Shown piece by piece: positions 22,479 through 34,098 of a stretch of 34,098 nt of DNA. The notes below the pieces were generated by a model that was not told the origin of the DNA, made no database searches, and worked only from the letters and a program-made list of their open reading frames with translations. Source of the stretch: Octopus bimaculoides (taxonomy: Eukaryota); contig NC_068989.1 in assembly GCF_001194135.2 (NCBI RefSeq), positions 40,872,254 through 40,906,351 of the forward strand, in the 5' to 3' direction. Within the stretch, counting starts at the first letter, position 1. Every line of letters begins with the position of its first letter. Both the position numbers and the translations under genes were made by a program.

Positions 22479-22718
22479 AGGACAAATACTTGGACAACAT
22501 AATAACTAAACACCACAGGTCAAAAACTTATGACACAAGCGGGTATGCCCGCATGGATTTAGAATTATACAAACAGTTAAAAGAAAGAACCGAAGCTCAT
22601 AGACCTACAGTCCGAGACTAAGGAAGAAAATGAAAAGGAAAAAGAGGAGGGATACTCGGAGACTCCGAAGTTGATCCCTCTATTATCTGACACGTAGTAA
22701 GCTTTTATTTTCCTTTGG

Positions 22719-23610
22719 ATGGCTAGTTTTAATGTCGGCTGTCTGAATGTGCGTGGCCTGAGTTCGAAGTGGAAGTAGGCATATTTCTACGACGACCTCA
22801 GGTCACATAGTATGGATCATAGTATGGATGTGATGGTCCAAGCCGGACGACCTATGAACCTTCTTGGCACTCCTGAATAGCTATGAGAAAATAATGTCTC
22901 CTAGCCAGACCGAGGTCGAGGCGGTGTAGTAGTGTTGCTCCGTAAAAGCTTGGCTCTACAGACAAGAGCAATCTTTGTTGATCCTGAAGGTGAGTTGGTC
23001 GTTCTCGACTTGACAAACAGTAGTAAGGACTTCAGGTTGATAGGCATTTATGTGCCTTGTGGTACTGGTAAACAAAACGATTTCTATCCACGCCTCGGAA
23101 ACTTTCTCGTGACGTCAATGACATTAGTCGTGTTAGGTGACTTTAACGCTATTCTGGACGCACGCCTGGCGTTGGATCGGCAAATAGGAAGGGAAGACCA
23201 CGCGTCACCGATCTGTTTAAGCGATTTCAGCTGACAGATCGTTACAGACTGGACCAACCGAACGTCCTAGTATGTACCTGGACTACTGGCGAGCAGCTGT
23301 TATCAAAGATAGAAAGATTACAGCTATCAGCTGAATCTATTACTAAGATTGTGTCGCCCTCCTACCTGAAGAAGGAAATGGGGGCTTGTTTCTCTGTGTA
23401 GTAGCCATGCTGAAAGAGACAGTATGGAGAACACGTATGAAAGAAATCGCGACAGGTACCTTCATCTCCGGTCGGGAGTTGGTTAGTTATTTTAACTATC
23501 AACTTCAAAGTAAAATCCAGTTGGAGAGGAGATACCTGTGGCATAGAGCGTTCGATAAAAGATAGTCGACAGTCGTTAGAGAGTTGCGAATGAATGGAAA
23601 TGGATAAATG
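22719..23610 (+). pseudogene. Tx1-like ORF2 remnant: AP endonuclease fused to ORF2 C-terminus
   Basis: MASFNVGCLNVRGL...RGRGGVVVLLRKSL...FRLIGIYVP...VVLGDFNAILD...LTDRYRLDQPNVLVCTWT, then near 23285 a jump to EQLLSKIERL...CVVAMLKETVWRTRMKE...YFNYQLQSKIQLERRYL. Confidence 0.85.
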
Positions 23611-23869
23611 CAGCCATCCAGCGATAAAAGGGGATACGTCGGATAATGGCGGTGGGTTAATTAACCCGATGATGTAAATAATAGGGATCTTTAGTTATTT
23701 ATCTAATTTTTGTGAAATTTTAAAAATATGTTGATTCGATTTAATTATATTTGTTATTTTCATTGTAATCATTTCATTGTATTCACACTATGTACGTCCA
23801 CCTGTCCGTCCTTATAATGTCCCCTGTATTGAGTCCTGTGTTGACAATAAAAGAAATCGTACGCCGTAG

Positions 23870-26400
23870 GTGGTCAGGGATAGTCGTGTCTTTACTAAGT
23901 TTACTGCATGCCGACGAGGACGTTATAATAGTTCAACATATTAAGGACATAGCAGTTTGGTTCTTCCTTTTTTGGACTGTAGTTGCTTTAAGCATTGAAT
24001 GATTATTGATATAATATATGTTTGCATGAAGTATTAATAGATAGTCATATTGTTTATTATCAGTCAAATAATAAAATTAGCAATCAGTGTTAGTTCACTC
24101 CCACTGAACATGTTCTTTGTTAGCAAGATGTGGTGTGAGCAAGAACATTATTTGTTCTTGTTTGATCTGTGATATTATCTGCACATTGATAGAATGGGAA
24201 GACATAAAATGTGGGAGATTTGTTTTCCATGCATGTGTCCAGATGTTGCTCAAGTGGAATTTGTTGACGATGGATTGTTAATTTCATTCTTAAAGAGATG
24301 CATTTGATGGCGTATATTAATTTTTTGAAGAACAAGTAAAATTGTTTTTCACAGTAAAATGTGTCTCGGTTTAAATGTAAAAGCTGTGTCCTCAAAAATG
24401 TTCTCATAAATTCCACGTTTTAACTGATCGGCTACGCTTTTTAACATTTGGAACTGAGTTCGCAGTTGGTAGTTTCGCATTGGTAAGTAGTCTTTTTTAA
24501 GGATTTTGGTTATCTTTTCCATTTGATTATTTTGTATTATTCAAGTTCCTTTTTCCTTTTTGGGTCTCGGCCCAATATAGGTACCTTCTGATGGATAATG
24601 TTCAATGTTTGTTGAATGTTTCTATGTTTCTTGTGTTGTGTGTAGTAATCACAGATTGGGTCTTGAGTGCATCAACTGTTCTTGGTTTTACGTAATTATT
24701 CGCTTCTATTCTATTCTCTTTCAGAATAGACGGATACTTTCTTTCAAGCAGCGCTTGATCTAATTCAAATGATATATCCTGAACTTCTGGATTGGAGACA
24801 ATCGCTTGGATTCTTCTTGCTAGATTTCAATGTAATATTGGATTTGATATACTTTAAGTGGCGTGAAGTAAATAGTAGTTATTGTTTAGAGTATGTTGGT
24901 TTAGAGTATGTTGGTACAGTAGATGTCGGTTTCTTGTCATTCTTTATAATCAAAATGTCTAAGAAGAGCGGTTGGCTAAATTCTATTGTGAACTGAATGC
25001 TGTTATTGATGCTACTGAGTAGGAATTTGAAATCGTTGAGTTCATCTAGGTAGTATGTCCACAGAATAAGGCGGTTATCTAAGCATCGTTTCCAGATTTT
25101 TACCAGATAAGTTAGGAAGTTGATACTGTACATTGTTTAGGTTTTATTTGTAGGTGTTTTTTAGAAAATGAAAAGATTGTTTTGAAAGGTGAATATTAAT
25201 CCCTCTGTGATGATTTGTTTACCAATTCCGTCCGAATTTTATCAGAGAAATTCTCTTAGCTAAACTTCTAGTGTATCTTGTCCATACTCGTATAAGATGG
25301 TAATATAAAAATTTACTATATCAAATGAAGCGATTATGGTTTCCCGTTAACTGTTTTCGGCAGATAGTTTAATAGGTCTTGATCACCTCAAAAGACGTTT
25401 TAACAGTAAGTCAAGGATGTTGGTAAGTATATGAGTTTCACAGGCTAGGCCTGCCACAGTTGGTCTTAATTTGATATCTTTCAGAAGGAATATGTTTATG
25501 CGGATTGAATGTGATTTTTTACTGGAGTCAGTTTTCCTTTCATAGATTTTGGGAAATCCGTAGAAAATGCTTTTGGCTATAAGGATTTGTTAGATAATCA
25601 ATTTCATTATTAGTTAAGCCTTTTCTGTGTTGGATTATGAGAGTGTTATGTTTATACATTGTCTTTGTTGGTAGATGTTTACAATTTTATAGCGGGTAAC
25701 AACTTGAAGTAGAGTTAATGTAGTATTTTTGCATTGTTCCATCTTCATATATGCAGCACTCCCCTTATGAGCTTCTTTTATAACTTATTACTACGCTTTT
25801 TAGGGTTTCCATTGTGTTTTACAAGAGTTGGACTTCGGTTTAGGAAGTGAAGGTTCATTGTAAGTGAAGGTGGATAAAAACTCAAAATTTAACGGTGGAA
25901 AAACTATCAACTACCACTAAGTTGTAAGAAACAAATAAAAGAGCAGCGAAATTTATGTGTAGTCTCGACCACGGAACATTTACTTTTGAACAAAGTGAAG
26001 GTGGATAAAACTCACAAAATATGTCTAGTGTTTTGTTTTTTTTTACTTTTGCTGGATTGTAACTGCTTTTGTTTTGCAGAATGGGATGATCAGTGTTTTC
26101 TTTATCGAATAGTTCTCTCGTTAATCTTAATTTTCTATCAAGACTTGAAATGTCATCACGTACTTCCCTGAGGTTAAGATACTGTGGTGTCGGATATATT
26201 TAAGACTTTTTGAAAGGATTTAGATTTGTTCTTTTTGAGAGTTTTAAGTTGGAAAGACCTATTATTTTAGGTTTCTTACCTTTATCTGGTAGTACCGGAC
26301 GTCTAAAAATCTTTCTTCTGGGCTTCAAAAATTGTTTATGACGCTTTTTCCTTTTGATTGTGTTTCATATGAGCCTAACTCATGAACGTTGACCAGTCAA
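23870..26400 (-). mobile_element. Penelope-like element relic B (N-terminus, RT, GIY-YIG), heavily degraded
   Basis: Minus-strand motifs KIIGLSNLKL...DDISSLDRKLRL; IKEAHKGSA; LRPTVAGLACETHILTNILDLLLK; IASFDIVNFY; RCLDNRLILWT...IQFTIEFSQPLFLDILIIK; KKLIYAIKC...KLTIHRQQI...FYVFPFYQC. Boundaries approximate. Confidence 0.85.
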
Positions 26401-26636
26401 TTTGTACGTAAACGGATAGCATTCGGAGTTACATTCCTTCTTTAAAAACAAATAATTTTTATAACAACGGCCCGCCCAATAAGACAAAATTTGCGATGCA
26501 GTTCCATACGCAATAAACTTTAAAAAATTTAATGTGAAACCGGTCAAGTGTATTCCTATATATGAGAATTTGGTTAGCTAATTAGATACTGATTAATTTT
26601 AGTATATTCTCTGTGCATTTTCAACCACACTTCTTA

Positions 26637-26669
26637 TACATACATACATACATACATATACACACACAC

Positions 26670-26745
<76 letters not shown>

Positions 26746-26765
26746 NNNNNNNNNNATATATATAT

Positions 26766-26849
<84 letters not shown>

Positions 26850-26910
26850 ATGGATGTATTATGTACGTATGTATGCATGCATATATGTATGTATGTATGT
26901 ATGTATGTAA
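26637..26910. repeat. Compound microsatellite (TACA)/(CA)/(TA)/(TG)/(TATG) spanning a 10-N gap
   Basis: Directly visible. Confidence 0.95.
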
Positions 26911-27669
26911 TTGTATATAGTACGAAGCGAGAGTCAAAATGTTGTTGTCATTGTTTCTTGAAACTCCAACAGGTTAACTACGGATATTACGTCACGAAGC
27001 CCCTGGTATCCGACTATTGAATTCCATTAGAAACATTTACTCCTCCACCTATGGTGTAATTGTAACTCAAATTTCGTGCCTATCACGAAGTAGATAGATA
27101 TATAGATCCATACATATAAACGCACATATATATGCATACATATATATATATATATATATATAACTTTAGGCATATACATTTTCATTGTGCTTATCTTCTT
27201 TGCTATCTATCTAAATACGAACATAAACACACATTGACACAAACACTCACATCTACTTCTATGTTGGTGTGAGTGTGTCAGCCTGTATGGGTGTATATGT
27301 ATGTGTATCCATACGTATCTATTTATACGCATATATGTATATATATTTATTTATACGTGCGCGTGTACGTGTGTGTGTGTGCGCGTGTGTTTGTGTGTGT
27401 GTACGTATATATATCTTATCTGTATAAATTTATTTCGCTATTTATTATCATGTTCTGGAATTTCAATCTAGATCTGCCAATGTTTTTCGCCTTTGTTTTC
27501 GTCTTGATCTGTTTACAAATTCCTTACTTTTTTTTGCTGCTGGTTGTGTTTTTAATAAGTATACTCTGCTGTATATTGCTTTAGCTGCCGGGTGAGAAAC
27601 TATATTAAATTTCGTTTCTATAATTTCATTGTTAAGAATAAACTTATTGAAACATATATATTTTATCTC

Positions 27670-27670
<1 letters not shown>

Positions 27671-27760
<90 letters not shown>
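27671..27760. repeat. (TA)n(TG)n microsatellite
   Basis: Directly visible. Confidence 0.95.
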
Positions 27761-27763
<3 letters not shown>

Positions 27764-28754
27764 TAATAACTCATAAACCATCATAACAAACACTAATGTA
27801 TGAACTTTTAAATCATAAAAATGAGACGCATATCATCTTTGTTTTTCTTTTATTTTCGTAATCACATATTACGTTTGATTATCAACACATTAGATTAGAA
27901 TCCCAGATTCTCATATCGATTCTTGGAATTTTTTCGCGATTTTTCGCTACAGTAGCAAAATAATTAATAGCTAATTCACTCACCTTGTTATTGAAATATT
28001 TTTCTAAAATACATTATAACTTATTGTTTCCATCATTTATTAGTCTAAAGAAGCGAAGGAAAGAACAAATAAATAGCTGAGCTGAAATATTTTCTGTGAC
28101 TTCAACCTTGTTATATTTTACTGCAGATTTGTTCCTCCGAGGTCACCAATTCAAAATCAAGCTGAGTTGTGGTATAACATTTGTATTCGAAGATTATTTC
28201 TTCGATTAGAAACGATGTATAAAAACAGTCTCTTCCAAATCTACGACAATACAGTTGCATACAAACTCTTTTCACTTTGTGCCACATCAACTATGGGTGC
28301 CGACAACAACTCGAGATCACAGTATGTCTTTCATTTGGGGTTTTCGTGGCTACTGTCTTGGATCGAGTGCACAGTTTGCTACTAGCGTGTTTTCACGAGA
28401 TACCATTCGTCTGGCTGGCCGATTAACTCACACATAGCTCATCTTTCCTTTTAGTCTTTTTAGTCTTGCATAATATCCACAACAACCACCTCACTTGGCA
28501 GACTAGGTGTGAATTGGTTCAGTCGTTGATTCATCCGACCCTGAAACAATTAGCAATGGATTAAGTATAAGCACACCTATTCACGTCGTTGCAGTGTGCA
28601 TTTGTAGTTCCACAAATAACTCCTCGGCAATGTGACACGGTTTATTTTTTATCCTACATGCTGTACACGCAGATTCCTCACCTTGCAAAAACATTTCCAT
28701 TTCCGCGTACGGACGGTACTTCTTTACGTCGTACATTTGGCAGACCTACGTAGA

Positions 28755-28816
28755 CATACATACATACGTACATACATACATACATACATACATACATACA
28801 TACATACATACATACA
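28755..28816. repeat. (TACA)n tract abutting the 5'-truncated end of the R4/Dong-like LINE
   Basis: Directly visible. Confidence 0.95.
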
Positions 28817-31700
28817 TGCCCCTGCGTTACGCCCAAGACATGCAGCATTGATAGTGAAACTCTTGNNNNNNNNNNATACATACATGCCCCTGCGTTACGC
28901 CCAAGACATGCAGCATTGATAGTGAAACTCTTGCAACTGTGATCTAGAAACTCCAGGATGGAAAAGCACCTGGAAGAGACTTGATTGTTGAATATTAGTA
29001 CAAGAAGTTAATATTCTACCAACCATATGTTATCAATCTGAACTACCAAGCTGTTATTGAGAACAGTAGCATACCACACTAGTTATCTCTGGCAGAGAAA
29101 AATTGATCCCCAAATGCAGAACTACCCACATGGCAAAAAACTACCGGCCATTTGCATGCCAGAACTTAATGTATAAAATTTTATGCAGCATGTTTAAACC
29201 TCTTCCTCCAGGACTATTGTGAAACCATTAACATTATCACAGCAGAACAAGCAGTTGGGAAGAAGGGAGTCTGGAGATGTGTCGAGAAATTGTTAATCAA
29301 CAAAACTGTAATGTCAGAGGTGCGCGAGCATAGGAGGAAGCTAGTTTCAGTGTGGCTAGCCTTTGACACTGTTCCCCACTCACGAATGCTGGAAGCCCTT
29401 CAATTTGCTAAAGTTCCAGTGAGAATAATCAAAGCTATCGCTGACCTGACTTCATCGTGTGCCACTATCTTGAAATTAAACACGAAGAGTGATTGTTTTA
29501 TCACTGATAGAATACAGTATCGCAAAGGCATATTCCAAGGGAACAGCCTTTCAGTGCTGTTGTTTATACTTTTTGTAAACCCCCTCTCATTCATGTTAAG
29601 GAAGTCTGAAAGATATCTCACTGGTTCACAAGGAAACAAAAATAACAAAATTACACACTGGTTCGTTGTAGATGACCTGAATCTTTATGAAAAGAATATG
29701 CACGAGATGAAAAAGCGCCTTCATCTAGCTACAACATTCTCAAAGGATGTAGAATTGGAGTTTCGTCAGGGTAAATGCTGTTATATTATTGTGAAAAGGG
29801 GGACAACTGTAAGCCAGACTAGCAACACTCCATCAGTGACTTGACTCTTTTCTCTATATCTGACAAGGAATCTTACAGGTATCTAGGAATGGATGAAAGT
29901 ATATCTTACAACGACACCTATAACAAAACACGTGTCACGAAAGAATATTACAGTCGAATATAGAAGATGTTGACCTCAGAACTCTCTACATTCAATAAAA
30001 CAGTGGCCCACAATGTGTTTGCAGTGCCAGTACTCATACCAACATTTGGGCTGCTTGATTAGACGCTTGATGAGATCTGAGCCATTGATGTGAAAACCTG
30101 AAAAATACTAACAAGCACACATAATTTCCACATAAACAGTGACGTAGACCGCCTCTACCTAAAACGAAAACAAGGCAGCAGAATCTTAACGTCGATCCAA
30201 AATGCCTTTGAATGCTGTATCGTATCCTTCGGCAACATTTTTAAACCACCAAGTGTTGAAATGCATCCCTTGAACAAGTTTGCACACGTGAGGCTTATAA
30301 CATCATAAGATTTGAAAGGCAGCTCCTTGAGCAACATTCCTTGTGTGATAACCTTAAATACATGTCTAAAGAAGTCGCACGACTCTACCGCATCAGATAA
30401 AAGGATTAAAATATATGAGCAGAAGGCTATGCATGGATATGTTAGTAGAAAGCTCCGAGATGATAGTAACATTGATCATCAAAGCAGTCTATCATGGACC
30501 CATAGCCAGATTACTACCTCCCACTTTGAAGCGTATTCGTTTCCAGTCCAGGGACAGAAAATATCAACCAAAAACCTGATGCACAAAAGTGATAGAGAAA
30601 TAGGAAAAAGCAGTAAAATTTGACAACCTATGCAAACTTTGTGGAGTTAGCACCGAAAATATCACCTATAGCATAAGCAGTTGTCCGAAAATGTCATCAT
30701 GGTATGATCTACCAATGAGACATGAAGTTGTAGCTAGGACACCCTGTAACGAAATCCGTCGGAAGGATAATCCTGAGGACAAAGAAATAAGAACCCACAG
30801 TATGGTGGAAACAATAGCCACTCATAATAAAAAGAAATAGTGTTGGAATGTCCCAGTGAAAACCTCAATAAAATGTAGGTACAACAGATCTGACATAATG
30901 ATTTGCGATAGAGAAGAGAAACTGTGCACAGTTATGGAAATTACCTGCCAGCGGATGTTAACATAAAGCTGAAGATCAGTGAAAAAGAGATACCTATGCT
31001 GAACTATTGAGAAATCTGTAGTTACTCAATCCAGTTTACAAGTTCAGATTTATACCTGTAACTATTGGGGCACTGGGATATGTGACACGCTGCCTAAATA
31101 CCAATCTTGAGAAATTAGGCTATTCAAAACTAGAAAGGAAAAAGCTGATTCGAAGACTACGGATCCAGTCCATCACTGGAACTGTAAAACTTTGTAAAGC
31201 TTTCCAGAAATTTATCATTTAGATATATATGAGCATGTCTAGATATGTAACTATATGCATGAGAATACATACATAAAACAAAACATGGAAATCTGCACAT
31301 ATACATATATGTTCATGCATACATACGTACATACATACATACATACATACATGCATGCATACATACATACATACATACATACATACATACATACATACAT
31401 ACTGTTATGTCACAACGCTACTGCTATCTAGCACCTTCGGATGGTCTCTACTCAACCGCTACACAACTGCTACTCGACTGCTACTCAACACTCCTACCAC
31501 GGTCAGACTACCTCTATTTATATGCCTTGGGAGATCCTACTTCTTCGCCTGGGGGCGTCGACATAACACATACATACATACAAACAAACAACAATACCCT
31601 GTTGTTGATGTTGAAATTCCAATGAAGGAGTCTTGGACCTTGTTTGCAAACCGGCTCTTCCTCTATTTGCAAGAAATCTTGAAATAAAACTGAATAATGA
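28817..31700 (+). mobile_element. R4/Dong-like (RLE-type) non-LTR retrotransposon, 5'-truncated, degraded
   Basis: RT motifs KAPGRD; NYRPFACQNLMYK; FDTVPH; GIFQGNSLSVLLFILFVNPLS; FVVDDLNLY. Zinc finger CKLCGVSTENITYSISSC (30631 onward), RHEVVA, RLE motif NRSDIMICD...EITC, C-terminus IQSITGTVKLCKAFQKFII* (TAG 31220-31222). The 3'UTR continues past the TACA tract to about 31700, as shown by the minus-strand copies. Confidence 0.9.
31403..31568 (-). mobile_element. Short solo LTR (166 bp) inserted in the (TACA)n of the LINE 3'UTR
   Basis: TG...CA ends, 9-bp terminal inverted repeat tgttatgtc/gacataaca, catac on both sides (31398-31402, 31569-31573), TATA-like gcatataaatagagg on the minus strand. 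Confidence 0.65.
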
Positions 31701-32119
31701 TATACATACATATATACGCACATATGATACATACATAAATACATGTACATACGCATAAACATATATATATATATATGTGCACGTGCCGCCATACACATTA
31801 ACATATACTCACACATATATGCGCAAATACATATACGCATACATGCATACTTAGATATCTGCTAACACATACTTAAATACATACATACATTCATATATGA
31901 CTACCTAGCTGATGTCTCAAACCCAATAAAATAACCTTCGTTCTGACCTAGACACTACTTTCTACATCGTCTGATTCTCTTTTAATAATAGCCATAATAC
32001 ACACAAACACGCATACATACACGCACACGCACACGCACACACGCACACTCTCATGGACACACACACACACACACACACACATTTGCATGCACGCTCACAT
32101 TATATATACACATATACAT

Positions 32120-32120
<1 letters not shown>

Positions 32121-32174
<54 letters not shown>

Positions 32175-32255
32175 TGTATGTATGTGTATGCATGTATGTA
32201 TGTGTGTATGTATGTATGTATGTATGTATGAATGTATGTATGTATGTATGTATGA
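32121..32255. repeat. (GATA)n followed by (TATG)n
   Basis: Directly visible. Confidence 0.95.
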
Positions 32256-33110
32256 ATGTTATTACGCTTTGAATTGTCTATTGATGTGTAGGGAAGACAG
32301 CTTCCGGTGAAGTTAACCACCACATTGTTACACAATACTAACGGACAATGAAATCTCAACAACAACAAAAATACAGTTATTTACTATAGAAATAAGTTTT
32401 TATCGGTGACAGCTTTGCATTTCTTTGTCAAAAATTAGAAAGAATAGCAACCTTAGAGTTCCTTTAAGAAAATCCACTGCATTAACTGACAAGAAAGATT
32501 TTATTGGCATCTATCTCTATAAAGGTTTCTATAAATAATCTGCTACTATTTCTTGTTTTATTTTCTTATATTTTATTCCTTCCTTTTTTGTAATACATAA
32601 ACTTTCATTGTCACTCCGAACGGACGTTCGTGTTTAGAATGATGTGACGGCCTACATTCTAGAAAAGTCACTCACCCATATTGTTTACTAAAAGTTTTAG
32701 ATGTGTTTTAAAAATTGTTCTGAAGTTCACTGATAATATCTAAGTGCGGCTTTCTCACATTTGCGTGTATCGCCAGTACTGTGGCTTTTATCACTGTTTC
32801 CATAATGCGGAACAACCACAAAATAGCTGCTGTTTTAGAGTCGTCAGAATATAGCGTGCAGCCCAATTCATATACATGTTGCTGCTAGCAATAGCTCACA
32901 CAGAAAGGATGTAAAACGTTTCTGTCAATTTTTTCTTAACCATTTCAACCGTAAACAGCCCTATCCGAAATGTCACCAACTCTACCGACTTCTACAATAA
33001 CACTTTACACTTTCTGTCACTTTTCTCGAGATTATACAAGTTTCGCTCGTGGACACTAGTGCCCTTGGATTCTGTTACACTCACACACACACACACGTAT
33101 ATATGTATGC

Positions 33111-33685
33111 CGTTATTAAATTTCATTTCAAGATTTCTTGCCAATAGAGAAAGAGCCGGTTTCTAACCTTGATCCAAAGCTCTTTCATTGAAATTTCAAC
33201 ATCAACAGGATAATTTTGTTTGTTTGTATGTATGCATATGTGCAGATTTGTATGTTGTGTTTTATGCATTTATTTTCATGCATATATTTAAATGATAAAC
33301 CTCTGGAAAGTTTTACAGATTTTTACATTTCCAGTGATGGCTTGGATCAGCAGTCTTCGAATCAGCTTTCTCCTTTCTGGTTTTGAGAGGTCTAATTTCT
33401 CACGATTGGTATTTAGACAGTGTGTTACATATCCAGCGCCCCAATAATTACAGGTATAAACCTGAATTTGTAATCTGGATAGAGTAACTATTGATTTCTC
33501 AATAGTTAAGAGTAGATGTTTTCATTTCCACTGATCCTTAGCTTTATGTTAACATCCGCTGAGCAGCTGCTTTCCACAACAGTACACAGTTTCTCTTCTC
33601 AATCCCAAATCACTATATCAGGTCTGTTATGTTTACATTTTACTGAGATTTTCACTGGGACATTCCACCAGTGCTCCTTTTTATA
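33111..33685 (-). mobile_element. R4/Dong-like LINE 3' fragment, copy 2
   Basis: Reverse complement aligns to 30830-31330 and 31570-31700. RLE motif CKHNRPDIVIWD*EEKLCTVVESSC. Confidence 0.9.
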
Positions 33686-33694
33686 TATGCATGT

Positions 33695-34098
33695 TATCAA
33701 TCAGTTTCATTTCTCTATTTCTTGTCCATAGAGAAAGAGCCGGACTCTAACATAGATTCAAGGCTCCTTCATTGGAACTTTTATCAACATCATCTAGGTA
33801 TTTGTGCATATGTGTGTGTGTGTGCAGTATTTGTTGTTAGTGTGTGTATGCGCAGATTTGTATGTTTGTTTTATGGATGCGTTTTTATGCATATATTTTC
33901 ATGTCTAGATGCATGCATATGCATTTATGTGCTAAATTTTTGGAAAGTTTTACATATCTTTACAGTTCCATTGATGGCTTGAATCTGCAGTCTTCTAATC
34001 AGCCTTTTTCTTTCAGGTTTTGAGAACCCTAATTTTTCCAGGTTTTTGTTGAGGCAGTTCGTTACATATCCCAATGCCCCAACAATCACGGGTATGAA
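33695..34098 (-). mobile_element. R4/Dong-like LINE 3' fragment, copy 3 (runs off the window)
   Basis: Second diverged copy of 33111-33460 directly adjacent to copy 2 (gagaaagagccgg...aaagttttaca...gatggcttg...gttacatatcc...gcccca). Confidence 0.9.

Larger units (their letters stand above)
21148..23857 (+). mobile_element. L1/Tx1-like non-LTR retrotransposon, internally deleted (ORF1 + APE + ORF2 C-terminus + 3' tail; RT lost)
   Basis: ORF1 homologous to 16368-17199; ORF2 APE and C-terminal motifs; tail ctgtccgtccttataatgtcccctgtattgagtcctgtgttgacaataaaagaaat (23802-23857). The 5' boundary is tentative (tcggtgagtt resembles tcggtgaagtt at the 5' junction of the other copy); no TSD found. Confidence 0.85.

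Noticed and set aside
21100-23875. TSD or SINE target around the second Tx1-like element
   Set aside because: The 3' flank cgtacgccgtagg has no convincing match at the 5' side and is not the SINE site.
24040-24070. ctgataataaac as a hammerhead core in Penelope B
   Set aside because: No room for stem II and core nucleotides are missing.
28808-28933. 58-bp exact direct repeat on both sides of the 10-N gap
   Set aside because: Identical sequence flanking a placeholder gap is the typical signature of an unmerged contig overlap, not a TSD or biological duplication.
32750-32890. Minus-strand exon-like frame QQHVYELGCTLYSDDSKTAAILWLFRIMETVIKATVLAIHAN with GTGAGA donor
   Set aside because: Isolated, no partner exon or homology recognised; chance level in 34 kb.

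Overview
AT-rich, microsatellite-dense, gapped eukaryotic genomic DNA with no intact protein-coding gene recognised. The SINE types and repeat landscape look like a coleoid cephalopod (octopus-like); this is an inference. Most interpretable sequence is decayed mobile DNA: a Helitron cluster with a Pif1-helicase remnant (684-2663), many tRNA-derived SINEs, a mariner MITE, a maT/Tc1-like relic, two Penelope-like relics, two L1/Tx1-like non-LTR elements, several R4/Dong-like (RLE) LINE pieces and a short solo LTR. The most interesting structure is 15388-17585. There, an ORF1-only Tx1-like element and short SINE-core plus Tx1-tail units are stacked at the same site (AGGTATTTCGTCT) inside one SINE, suggesting a SINE-targeting retroelement system whose insertions regenerate their own target. 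Second is a Helitron carrying Helitron 3' termini at both ends as 81-bp inverted repeats. Two weak candidate exon pairs are reported at low confidence. All alignments and translations were done by eye; no database searches were run, so novelty is unverified.
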